DNA from: Lama guanicoe
Lineage: Eukaryota
Reading direction: 5' to 3'
NCBI GenBank assembly: GCA_013239625.1
Contig: MU053561.1
Span: 3,054,283-3,118,282 of the forward strand
Length of the DNA: 64,000 bases
A program made the translations under genes and the position numbers. Shown one piece after another: positions 52,820-64,000 of this stretch (positions are counted from its first letter, which is position 1; each line of letters starts with the position of its first letter). Under the pieces are notes generated by a model. It did not search any database. It was not told where the DNA came from and saw only the letters and a list, made by a program, of their open reading frames with translations.

Positions 52820-53245
52820 TTCAGCAATTTCGCTCCTTGGCATATACCCAAGATAGTTGAAAAAAATACATCCATACAAAAATTCATACGTAAGCATTCA
52901 GAACAGCATTATTCACCATGGCCAAAAAGTTGTAACAACCCAAATGTCCTTGAACTGTTAAACAAATAAATAAAATGTGGCACAATTGGAATATTCTTTG
53001 GCCATAAAGAAAGAACGAAGTACTAGTAATGCTATAGGATGGATGAACCTGGAACACATGATGCTAAGTGAAAGAAGCCAGACATAAAAGGTCTCATTGT
53101 ATGATTTCACTTGCATGAGATACCCAGAAGAGGAACATCTCTAGAGATTTCTATAGACAGGAAGTAGATTAGTGGTTGCCTAGGGCTGAGGAGATTAATA
53201 GGAGGGGCTGGGAAGTGATGGCTCTGGGGAGCAGGATTTCTTTTG
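52820..53245 (+). mobile_element. L1M (L1MB/MC-like) 3' fragment
   Basis: cagcattattcaccatggccaaaaagttgtaacaacccaaatgtcc...atgctaagtgaaagaagccagaca...gtggttgcctaggg. Confidence 0.8.
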
Positions 53246-55577
53246 TACTAACTTTAATCATGGTGCTGGGATGAACGGGCTTCTAGCTCTGAGAAGCCAG
53301 CTCCAGGTTGGGGGGCAGGTGGTAGGAGCATCACTCAGTTGGCTGGGCTCTGCCCTCATTATTCCCTTTGGTGGCCCGGAGGGGAGGGGTAGCCTGACTC
53401 CAAGTTGGCCTGTTGCAGTTGCAGTGGCTGCTAGACCACAGCAAAGCCTCAGTTTCTGCAGACAAGGCTAAAGCATGAGATCAGACCACAGGCAGGGCCA
53501 TGATTCCTCTAACTTCTACAAAATCAGGCTACAAGAGGCATTCACTCCTCCCTCTGCAGGGCCCTTGATGTGTGGGACCGGAGGCAAGGACTGACGGTGC
53601 GACCTGATAGGATACCCCTCTGCGCCCCAGCTACCCAGAGTCCCTGGTCCTCCAGGAAGACATCTGGGCTGCCCATCGCAACCCAAGCCCACTTCACTTT
53701 TTCTAACACTGTCATTCCAAGCAACTCAGTCTTCCTCCAAACACCCCTGAATTTTTGGCCTTCATCCATTTATTCATACTGTTTCCTCTGCCCTGATGCC
53801 CTTTCTCCTTCATTCCCTGTTAAAATCTCACTTCTCCTTCAAGATCTGGACCAAATGTACCTTCCTTCACCTACCAGTGTTCCTACACTGTTTGCTTTCA
53901 TCCCGTTGTCAAGGTTAGATTGCATCTCCCTCTCCCCTGTGACTCCCAACCCACCCTGTTATCCTTTGTAGCTGGGTGGCTGTCTGTCCTGGACATTTCA
54001 GGATGGTGATCTCCTTGAGAGAAGGGACCCTTATATGATGCCAATTTGTACCCTCCCTGGGGCCAGATGCAATGCCTTGCACACAGTATGCCAACAGGAA
54101 ACATCTGCTGAATTATGGTATGGGATTTTTCTGTGTTCTGCAGAAACTCAGCATATGGGAATTCACCACTAATGAATCTGAAACGCAGGAAACTGATTTC
54201 ACAGATGGAACTTGTTTGCAGAATTTTCAGCTCCCTCAGCCCATTTGTTCGCTAAGGGTGATGTTCAGTGGTCACTTTAGCATCCCTGTATCTCCCTGTA
54301 CCTTCCCTCAGATCAGCGAGTACATTGCTAAATACCAGCAGCTTCTGCAGGGCGCCCTGGGAACAGGGTTTGTGTACCACTGAGCGTGCTGAAGGGACTG
54401 GAGAGGGAGTTGCTAAAGCAGAGAGATGTTCAGCTCATTATGTTCTGTGCAGTTGAGCCATCATGATATTTCTCCTTTAGACCTTTATGCATTTCTGCCA
54501 AACAAAAATATGCCAACCATTTGCATCCATATTGGTGAACTACAGAGAGTAACATGATGAATCTCTTAGCAGAAAACTGTTGTTTTTTCCTCTGTGTGAT
54601 TTTTAAAGGTCTGTTGTCCTTTTGCACAGAATTTTATTATCTGTTGGTACCAATTTGTTTTCCAGATGAGCACATCTCCAAATTTATAATGAAAGGCAAG
54701 CAAAGTGGAGCTTCACAGCCTTGGCCAGACACCAAGTGATAGCTAATTTTTGCAGCAGGGAAGACAAAATAACAAGTCCCTGAATTGCAATTTTGGTTTC
54801 TCCTTCTGTTCCGCAAATGAAATGGTTTAAATAATAAACTCTTGTCTTAACTATAATTATGAATTAATGAAAGAATTCTGTATTTCAAAAGTATATTTTT
54901 GTTTCGTCGATCTTAAATGTCATCCTGGGATTGGCAAATACTTGGGGGCTCTTGCCGTTGATGAAGGCAGAGGAGTCTGGTCAAATGAATTGCCAGTTCA
55001 TTTAACCTAATGAACTAGAAGAGCAGACAGAAACCCAGTCGACTAATTGTTAGTCTTTACGGTTAACATTAGCTGTCATGTAGTCTTCAGCCAAACACAG
55101 AAATAAGTGTGTCTACTTTGTAGAATGAAGGAGGAAGATCTGTGCTTGAAACTTTATATTTTGTACTTTCTCCATTATTTACAGACTCTGAAATAAGGAA
55201 TGTCATTGTAACATAAACTCTACGAATCATTTTGGAATCTTATTTGCTTCCAAGAACAAATGAGGGTATTAATTTATTTAATTTCTTGTGTCATGATAGA
55301 AACATTGTATAGCCCTGGAGAACCCCTCCGATGTCCCCATCCCCTCGCCTCTCATGGTTGTTCTTGGGTGCTCAGACTCCTCCTCATACTGTGGAGACTT
55401 TACCTTGCACACACATGTGCACACGCATGCACAAAACTCCGGTCTACACGCAGAGGCTTCTCTGTCTTAACTAAGTTCCTCTCTGAAGTTGTCCATTCAT
55501 TGTGGATTCTGATCTCTGCCTTTAGCCTTCAAGGGTACTAATGGCTTAATTTATTTCTCATCTTCCCAAGTCCCATC

Positions 55578-55742
55578 CCATATTTCGTCAAATCTAAGAT
55601 GTCACTGATTGCAAGATGCTTCATTAGTTTGTGTGCCGTTAAGAAAAACACAATCATAATCGCAAGACTCTAGATATTTAAAGTTCTGTCCTGATTTTAA
55701 AGATGTTTGAATATGGCAATATCTGACTCAATGACATATGGT
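55578..55742. mobile_element. MER104-like TcMar MITE
   Basis: Terminal inverted repeat-like ends catatttcgtcaaatctaagat ... gactcaatgacatatggta. Confidence 0.5.
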
Positions 55743-55872
55743 ATATGAATTGTGGAGGGAGCCTTCTTGAGGCAATGTCTTAGTGGCACCACTCCAGTGG
55801 TGGAGTGACAGGCATCTTGGCAGTTTGGTAGGGAGAGAGTTTGGTGCAGAGGGAATTTGGAGTAAATTGGTA

Positions 55873-58690
55873 CTTTTTTAAAAAAATTGAAATATACTTG
55901 ATATACAATGTTGGGTTAGTTTCTGGTGTACAGCACAGTAATGCAGTTATACATATATATATATTCTTTTTCATATTCTTTATTATTATAGGTTATTACA
56001 AGATATTGATTCTAGTTCCCTGTGCTATACAGTAGGACATTACTGTATATCTATTTTGCATATGGTAGTTTGTATCTGCTAATCGCCCCCTTTCCATTGT
56101 ATATGCTTGCCTCCTTTGTCAACAATTAATAGACTGTAGGTGTGTGAGTTTATTTCTGGGCTCTCTATTCTGTTCGGTTGGTCCATATGTCTGTTTTTGT
56201 GCCAAAACCACACTGTTTTGATTACCATAGCTTTATAGTATGGTCTGAAGTCTGGGAGGGGTATGCCTCCAGCTTCATTCTTTTTCTTCAGTATTGCTTT
56301 AGCAACTCTGGGTCTTTTGTGGTTCCATATAAATTTTAGGATTATTTGCTTTGGTTATGTAAAAAAATATCCAGGGTAATTTGATAGGGATCACATTAAA
56401 TCTGTAGATAGCTTTGGGTAGTATGGCCATTTTAACAATATTAATTCTTCCAATCCAAGAGCATGAGGTATCTTTCTTTAAATCATCTTTAATTTCCTTT
56501 ATCAGTGTTTTATAGTTCTCAGCATATGTCTTTCACTTCCTTGGTCAGGTTTATTCCTAAGCATTTTATTTACTTTTTTAAATGTAATTTTAAAAGGGGT
56601 TTAAAAAAATTTGTTTCTGATATTTCATTGTTAGTGTAAAGAAATACAACAGACTTCTGTATGTTAATCTTATATTCTGCTACCTTGCTGAATTTGTTTA
56701 CCAGCTCCAGTAGTTTTTATATGGAATCTTTAGGGTTTTCTGTATATAGTATCATGACTTCTGCATATAGTGACAATTTTACCTCTCCCCTTCTAATCTG
56801 AATCCCTTTTATTTCTTTTTCTTACCTGATTGCTGTGGATAGGACTTCCAATACTGTGTTGGATAGAAGTGGTGAGAATGTGCATCCTTGTCTTGTTCCA
56901 GAATTTAGTGGGAAGGCTTTCAACTTTTCATTGCTGAGTATTATTTTGGCTGTGGGTTTGTCATAAATAGCTTATGTTATGTAGAGATATGTTCCCTCTA
57001 TACCCATTTTAGTAAGCATGTTTATCATGAATGGATGTTGAATTTCATCAAATGCTATTTCTGCATCTATTGAGATGATCACGTGTTTTTTGTCCTTTCT
57101 CTTGTTGATGTGGTATGTCACATTGATTAATTTGTGTATGTTGAACCATCCTTATGACCCTGGGATGAATCCAATTTGATCATAATGTATAATCTTTTTA
57201 ATGTATTGTTGGATTCAGTTTGCTAATATTTTGTTGCGAATCTTTGCATCTGTATTCATCAAAGATATTAGCCTGTAATTTTCTTTTTTGGTAGTGTCTA
57301 TGTCTGGTTTTGGTATCAGCGTGATGGTGGCATCATAGAATGAGTTTGGGGGTGTTCCCTCTCTTCAAGAGGGGAGTTTGAGAGAAGTTTGAGAATGATC
57401 GGTGTAAGTTCTTCTTTGTATGTTTGGTAGGATTCGCCAGTGAAGCCATCCAGTCCTGGACTTTTATCTGCAGGGTTTTTTTTTTTTTAATTACAGATTC
57501 TATTTCACTTCTAGTGATCAGTCTGTTCAAATTATCTATTTCTTCTTGATTCAGGTTTGGTGGACACTATGTTTCTAGAAACTTGTCCAGTTCTATTAGG
57601 GTGTCTAATTTGCTGGCCTGTAACAGTTCATAGTAATCTCTTACGGTTTTTGTATTTCTGTAGTATTGTTGTAGTATCTCCTCTTTCATTGTTTATTTTG
57701 TTTATTTGGGTCCTCTCTCTCTTCTTCCTGGTGAGCCTGGCCAGAGGTTTGTCAATTTTGTTTACTCTTTTAAAAACCAGCCCCTGGATTTATTGATTTT
57801 TTTTCTATTTTTTTTTCAATTTTCACTTTTATTAGGTAGAATTGTTACAGTTTGACTGCACATATACAGTATATTGCATGTAAATATGTATATACAATAT
57901 TCTGCACATATTTTTTAGTTTACACGTATGTACTGATTATTGTTTCTACGAACAGTTTAGAGCTTTAGCTTTTTAAACTTACATAGTTATGAAAGGAATA
58001 AAGCCAACCACAAAATAATCAACAGAATGCAGTAATCCAATCATAAAGGACAGTCAAATGTGCTTACACATATTTAAGATATCAATCATCTAAGTTGTAA
58101 GTAATAAGTAGTTCATTTGTGTCCTTTTTTTTTAGATTCCACATATAAGTGATACCATATGGCATTTTTGTATTTTTTATGTTCTCATACTTTAATGATA
58201 TTTAAGGCCCTATAATAAAAGTACAGCGACTTTTTAATTGAAATATAGTTGATTATAATATTTTGTTAGTTTCAGGTGTACCACACAATGATTTGACATT
58301 TGCATATATTCTGAAGTGATCATCACAATAAGTCTAGCAACTTATTGTTTTTAATCTCTATTTTGTTTGTTTCCTCCCTGATCTTTATTACTTCTTGCCT
58401 TCTGCTGACTTTAGGTTTTTCTTGTTGTTGTTTTTCTTCTTCTTCTAGATGGTAGTTTATGTTGTTTATTTGAGATTTTTCTTGTGCTTTTAAGGAAGAC
58501 CTGTATTTCTATGAGCTTCCCTCTTAGGACTGCTTTTGCTGCATCCCATAGATTTTGTGTGGTTGTATTTTCATTGTCACTGGTCTCAAGGTATTTTTTT
58601 AGTTTCCTCTTTGATTTCCTTGTTGACTCATTGGTTTTTTAGTAGCATGTTGTTTAGTCTCCATGCAATTTTTTTTCTCCTCATTTCTCT
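55873..58690 (-). mobile_element. Decayed L1: 3' end plus ORF2 segment, with an internal deletion and a nested insertion
   Basis: 3' UTR at 55873-56085, then antisense ORF2 sequence; ORF 57333-57530 ([16 protein letters not shown]) is L1 ORF2-like. Confidence 0.92.
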
Positions 58691-59313
58691 TCAGTTGATA
58701 CTTTTGTTGCCACATGAATCACACCACGTAGTAAGCTGCCTGTCCTGTATACACAGTGGCGATGGGGTGGGACTAATAACAACACAAAACATAAACCAAA
58801 CTACATAAAGAAAGAATTAGATCTGCCTGCAGGAAATCCACAGATGTTCTGTGACATAAATCTCATTGATTGGAGGAGGCAGAGAAAGCCTGTCCATATG
58901 GAGTGTTCTGAGACCAGCCCACAGTCTATCTCTCTACTTAGGCTTCTGGGAAAAGGCTGCAAGATCTGAGTTGCACTTTTTGATTTGCTGCTCTTCAGCA
59001 CAGGGGCCCAGTGACCTGGGTCTGTGGTTTCCAAACTTTGTCCTCAGTGATGGGGAAAGAAAAAGGGACCTTGGTCTTCAATCAGAACAGCTCCACTTTT
59101 ATCTGTATGAGATATTAAATGTCATTTTTCCCATTTAAAAAAAAGAAGAGTTTTTCTGCTAAAAAAAAAAAGCTTGAAATGATTGATAGGAATGAACCCT
59201 ATACTGTTTTCTACCACTGAAATTCTCAGATTTATTATGTCACTCCAAGAAGGTAGGTTATAGAGAAATGCTAGAATCTCTTTCCTTGGATAATAGCACT
59301 AAGACAAGAAGGC

Positions 59314-59672
59314 TGTCTTCATCAGTTTGGGCTGCTATAATAGAGTACCATAAACTGGACAGCTTATAAACAACAAAATTTATTTCTCATCATTCTCGAG
59401 CCTGGAAGTCCAAGGTCAGGGTGCCAGTCTGGTCGGGTTCTGGGGAGGCTTGCAGACTGCCCTCTTCTCTTCTCTTCAGATGGCAGAAAGAGGACAAGCA
59501 TCTCTCTGGGATCCCTTTGATAAGAACCCTATTCCCATTCATGAAGTCTCTACTTCATGACCTAACTACCTCCCAAAGTCCCCACCTCCAAACACCATCA
59601 TATTGGGGGTTAGTATTTCAATATATGAATTGGCCAAGGGGTTAGGGGGACACAAACATTCAGTCTATAACA
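59314..59672. mobile_element. MaLR (MLT1A/B-like) LTR
   Basis: ttgggctgctataatagagtaccataaactgg...ctggaagtccaagg...cacaaacattcagtctataaca. Confidence 0.85.
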
Positions 59673-59792
59673 AGGACCAAGGGTAATTCATTTGAGAAGT
59701 TGTACCAGTTGCTTCCTCCTCGTTGTTCCTGCTGAGACCTCCTGCCCCTGTAAGTGACCACTTGGGATCACTAAAGAAGTGGACTTGCTTAG

Positions 59793-60467
59793 TGTTAGTT
59801 TCCCATTGCTGCTGTAATAAATCAGTACAAATGTCACGGCTTAAAACAGTATCACTTTGGAGGGGAGGGTACAGCTCAGTGGTAGAGGGTGTGCCTAGCA
59901 TGCACAAGGTCCTGGGTTTAACCCCTAGTACCCCCATTAAAAGTAGTAATAACAACAATTTAAATACATAAATATACCTAATTACCCCCCCAGAAAAAGT
60001 ATAAATTTATTATTTTACAGTTTTGTAGGCAGGAGATCTGACCCAGCCTCCTTGGGCTAAAATTAAGGTGTTGGCAAGACTGCATTCCTTTTAGGAGGCT
60101 CTAAGGAAGAAATCATTTCCTTACCTTTTCCAGTTTTTGGAGGTCTCCTGTGTTCTTTGGCTTGTTCCCCTTCTTTCATCTTCAAAGCCAGCTCTGGTGA
60201 GTGGAGCATTTTTCACATTGCATCTCTCTGATCCTCTTCTGTAGTCCTGTCTCACTCTGACCCTCTACTTCTGCCTCCCTGTTCCATTTGAAAGGATTCT
60301 TGTGATTACATGAAGCCCAGTATAATTTTCCTGTTTTTAGATCACCTGATCATCGACCTGAGTTCCATCTGCAATCTGAATTCCCCTTTGCCATGTAATT
60401 AATACATTCACCAGTTCTGGGTATTAGAACAGAGACAACTTTGGAGGCCACTATTCTGTCCACCATA
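59793..60467. mobile_element. MaLR (MLT1-like) LTR with nested SINE
   Basis: ttagtttcccattgctgctgtaataaat...ggctaaaattaaggtgttggc...ctattctgtccaccata; TSD cttag / cctag. Confidence 0.8.
59859..59998 (+). mobile_element. Vic-1-like SINE
   Basis: ggggagggtacagctcagtggtagag (A box)...ggtcctgggtttaacccc (B box) and A-rich tail. Confidence 0.9.
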
Positions 60468-60639
60468 CCTAGCAATAGGTATCACAGTGCGACAGGTCAT
60501 GGGAGGATCAGAAAAGAGAAGTGACACGAAGCTACAGAGACATAAAGTGGTCTATTTTGCCTTATGACTTATCCTCATGTTATTGCCAGATAATGTTAAT
60601 TGAAGAAAGACTTAGTAGCAAGTGAATATTTCATGTGGG

Positions 60640-60988
60640 TTTGGGGTCACAGGTTGGATTCCCCCAGACTATGGTGATTTCCATGCAGGATATTTATGAG
60701 GTAGTGCTTTTGAGATCAAGCTTTGGAAGGGAAGGGAAGTGAGAAAGATGGTTTGGGCAGAGAAAGAAGGTGGCTACAAACAGTCTCAACGAAGGCCACA
60801 GCTGATCCCTGGAGAGCTTTGAAGTGATGTGGACTGTTCCAGAAAGGGGGTGTAAACCTAATGAGTCCTGTCACTCTGCAGAGACTTCCCAGAGAAGACT
60901 GACAGCCCTGGGCTATCAGTCAGGCACCCCCAGCAGATAGAGGATAAACCCATCCATCCGGGAGTGGTGCATCACTGTGTCCACTACA
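60640..60988. mobile_element. Ancient ERVL-type LTR fragment
   Basis: ggttggattcccccagact...tgcaggatatttat...gtgtccactaca. Confidence 0.45.
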
Positions 60989-61527
60989 GCTGGACTAAGA
61001 ACTCTAGTGTGGGGTGGTTGTCAGTGAACTGGAGGGGACCCTCCAAGGCTTGGGTATAGGGGAGGGTCCAGAACAGGGACAAGGTGTGTAGGAAGAGACG
61101 TATTCAGAAGATATTCTGATAAGAGCTGATATTCAGAAGGGATGTTTCTCTTTGCCTCCCTGCACCTCAGTCGCTGCAAGGCTTGGCTTTCCTGCCTGTT
61201 GGGGGATAGCTTGCCGGCTGGTCACTTCCAACTCATCACTGGAAATGACAGAATAAGTGGTGGTGACATTGGCCTAAAGATTCTGGACAGCAAGTAGGTT
61301 TACACAGGGAAAGCAAGAAACTGGCCATGGCTTGGTTTGATCTCACACCCCAGAAACCCACACTCTGACAGCAGGGTCAATTCAGCAATATTTATGGGCT
61401 TTGGTGGCTGGTGCACAAATAGCTGTTCGGGGACATTATCCTATGTCCCCATGTCATTACTCTTTGTTATCTTGTCATCTGTAAGAGAAAGGATATGGTT
61501 ATCAATAGTTTGTGGATTCATTAATTG

Positions 61528-61630
61528 TTTTTTTTTTTGAGTAAAGATAGATTTATTTAGAGAGATACATGCTGCGTAGAGTGTAGGCTGTTTCAAAAGG
61601 CAAGAGAAAGGCCACGAGGTATGGGGGTTG
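61528..61630 (-). mobile_element. Short poly(A)-tailed retrocopy of LTR-like (R-region) sequence
   Basis: Minus strand ends ctctaAATAAAtctatctttactc then poly(A); TSD aattgttt / aattattt. Confidence 0.65.
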
Positions 61631-61969
61631 AATTATTTATAAGTCAACTCTCTTCCATCTGCCTTGTGACCCTTGGCCACCCTCAGAACTCTCTATAGTG
61701 GCTGGGGGTCAAGATTAATCTTATGCATGGACAGGATAGGTGGCTACCTGCTCACCATCACCAGAAAAACCCTCCAAACCCAAAAGAACTTTCTGATGCC
61801 TGAAGGCCCACCATTAGGGTACAAATGTTTCAAGTTCAAGCATTGATCCTCATCTAAATGTAGACACTTTTAGAAAGAACTACTACATCTCAGTGGAAGT
61901 GTAGTTTAGAAATTTTCCTAAAAGGAAATTCTAGGATATAAGTGCAAGTGTTCCAAGTGTCAAAACCCT

Positions 61970-62460
61970 CCATAAGGCTCCAGTGCAGTCATTTGGCAAT
62001 AATACTGAACGCCCTTACAAACATTCACACGCTCTGACCTTGTAATTCTACTCATGTGCATATAGCCTAAGGAAATTGGTGTCTAAATACTGAAAGGACT
62101 TTGTGCACAAGAATATTTATCACAAAATAATTCATAATGGTGTAACCTTGGAAACCACTTGAATGTTATACACTTGGAAAATGCTCAAGTAAATACTAGC
62201 ATATGCACCCAATGAAAAAGTATCTCATCATTAAAAATTATGGTTAGACTCTGTAATATAACAAAAATATTTATGTTATAAAATGGAAATAATGCTTGAT
62301 TCACATTAGTAGGTGCATTTTATCACAGCTATATAAAAATATATCCATATACATAGACATAGAATGAAGGGGAAATATATGCAAATGGCAACAATGATTT
62401 GCTTGGTGGTAGAATTAGAGAGGCTCTTAAAACCATTTTATTGTTCTAAGTATTTTCAAA
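61970..62460 (+). mobile_element. Ancient L1M fragment
   Basis: ttggcaataatactgaacgcc...ctctgaccttgtaattctactc...ggaaaccacttgaatgt. Confidence 0.6.
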
Positions 62461-62499
62461 GATGTGATGACTGGAAGGCGTCTGGGCTGCACCATGGTT

Positions 62500-62900
62500 T
62501 TAACCCGGGTGCTTAAGCGGACAGAGCTCTTCTGCCAACCGGTTCCCAGCACGACTCCTGGCACGGGAGGGAGATTCTCTAGGGGCGGCGACCAAGGTCA
62601 GGAGGCGGCCGTGGATGCCCCTGGCGAGGGACCCGAGGGCCTGTGGGCCGAGAAGACCCTCTTCTCTCCCCGCTGGCCGAGGCCGGGGTGGATTTGAAAG
62701 CCTGGGTGGGCTTCCACGGCCACCGCCACCGCCACCGCCACGGCCGCGGCCAGAGGAGCCGCCGCGAAGCTCCGGGCTCTGCGGCAGGACCCTCGGCGGC
62801 CGCCGTAGCGCGGGGCCGAACCCGCGCGTCCGGAGCGCTGCTGGGGCTGCGCCATCGGACCAACCTGGGTGACTCCCGAGCATCCTCGGAGCCTCGGGGC
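62500..62900. promoter_or_regulatory. Small CpG island
   Basis: Abrupt GC- and CpG-dense block (gcggccgc, cgcgcg, (GCCACC)n) against a CpG-depleted background. Confidence 0.75.
62719..62742. repeat. (GCCACC)x4 hexamer repeat, last unit imperfect
   Basis: gccaccgccaccgccaccgccacg. Confidence 0.85.
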
Positions 62901-64000
62901 CTTACCTGCCTCACCTGTGAAATGGCTTCCTCCCTCTTGGGCCGTGTGAGGACTGAGCGAGGTAATGCGGATGCAGTAATGAAGTGCGCAGGCCCGATGT
63001 GGGCAGCCAGCCTGAAGAGGGGTTTCCTCTGCTTCCTGATAGGGATACTGCGTCCTCGGCACCCCTGGCACTGGCCAGGGCACAGTATGGGCCCTCCAAA
63101 GAGAGCCCAGATCTCCTTACTCGAGAATAAGAATGATGGAGTGCTAAAAAGGATTCAATGAGATTGTATCTAGAGGGGTCAGCCCTGTGGCTGATGCCGA
63201 AATCAATCTGTTTCTCTGCTGCCACTGCCCTTTACAACTGGACGTCGGCAACAGCCTCCTGGGGGATCTCCTCCTCTGTAAGCTGGAGTCAATAGGTGTG
63301 TTGTGAGAATTAAGAGAGAAAATACACATACAGAATCCATTTAATTAGGACCTGGGAAGTGGTAGTAATTCTTTTCTCACTACCCAAGCCCTGCAGTTGG
63401 AAACATACGCTCGTAGCACCTCCTTCTCATGAGTTCAGGTGGGCAGAGAGAAGGCAGATGCTGTGTGGGTTGAGAGAGCAAAGAGGAGCTAGCCATGCCT
63501 AGGCAACCAGCAGTCTTGACCCTCATCAGCGAGTCTGCACTCTGCCCTGCCCTGCCTGCTGTTTGCATTGGCTACACCCATCAGTTCCCACACCTGTTCT
63601 CTGAGGCTGGGAGCTCAATCAGCTTGTCCTGATTGAGCACAGCGAGTACAGCACACACCAATGGCGGTGCCCCTCAAAGTCAGCAGGTGAAGGCCCCACT
63701 CCACCCCCCATCCCCCACCCCTCCGTGACGGAGGCCCTCCGGGTGAGCTTCTTGGAAATAGCCAGCTCAGGGGCCAGCAGAGGTCAGTCCCTCCTCTCCG
63801 CAGGAAACGGATCACTTTATGTAGAGTACTGGAGAAAGGTAAATTGACATGGCATTATTCCATTGTCCAAAGGAAAGGCGTTTCACTTGCATTTAAAGTG
63901 AACTGTAGTCCGGCTACACTTACAGAACCCTTTCTCTTTACAGTCATTGTGCTAAGTGCTCTGTAATCTCATTTCATTCTCACAACCTCACCCCACAATG

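Noticed and set aside
59859..59940. tRNA gene (A and B boxes)
   Set aside because: Multi-copy tRNA-derived SINE with an A-rich tail; no proper acceptor stem
62500..63161. RGG/Pro/Ala-rich overlapping ORFs in the CpG island
   Set aside because: Open in several frames on both strands, as expected for stop-poor GC-rich DNA; low complexity only
1..64000. The many 60-186 aa six-frame ORFs as protein-coding genes
   Set aside because: None resembles a host protein I recognise. Lengths fit chance in mammalian DNA, many use non-ATG starts, and the recognisable ones are L1 remnants. Small internal exons cannot be excluded without alignment.
1..64000. Window-wide MEF2 motif enrichment
   Set aside because: A rough estimate gives about four YTAWWWWTAR matches by chance in 64 kb, and one lies in L1 sequence; only the E-box-linked cluster was kept
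1..64000. CRISPR array, operon or other prokaryotic system
   Set aside because: The sequence is mammalian; no repeat-spacer array or dense coding

Overview
Mammalian non-coding genomic DNA, probably camelid: the tRNA-derived SINEs resemble Vic-1 and the L1 3' ends are cetartiodactyl-type. I found no recognisable host protein-coding exon, RNA gene or prokaryote-type system. The only ORFs with recognisable protein similarity are decayed L1 ORF1/ORF2 remnants. The window looks intronic or intergenic and is rich in repeats (L1, L2, MIR, SINE, ERV/MaLR LTRs, DNA MITEs, microsatellites), with a small CpG island near 62.5-62.9 kb. Notable structures: a nearly identical 2,014-bp head-to-tail tandem duplication (2187-6214); three LTR elements within 2.7 kb, two of them a same-family inverted pair; a probable L1 3' transduction or orphan polyadenylated fragment nested in an L1; a poly(A)-tailed LTR R-region retrocopy; a MER53/miR-1302-like hairpin; and several candidate enhancer, CTCF and promoter motif clusters. 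Repeat family names are from recalled consensus sequences and need RepeatMasker/Dfam confirmation. Boundaries are approximate unless a target-site duplication (TSD) is given.
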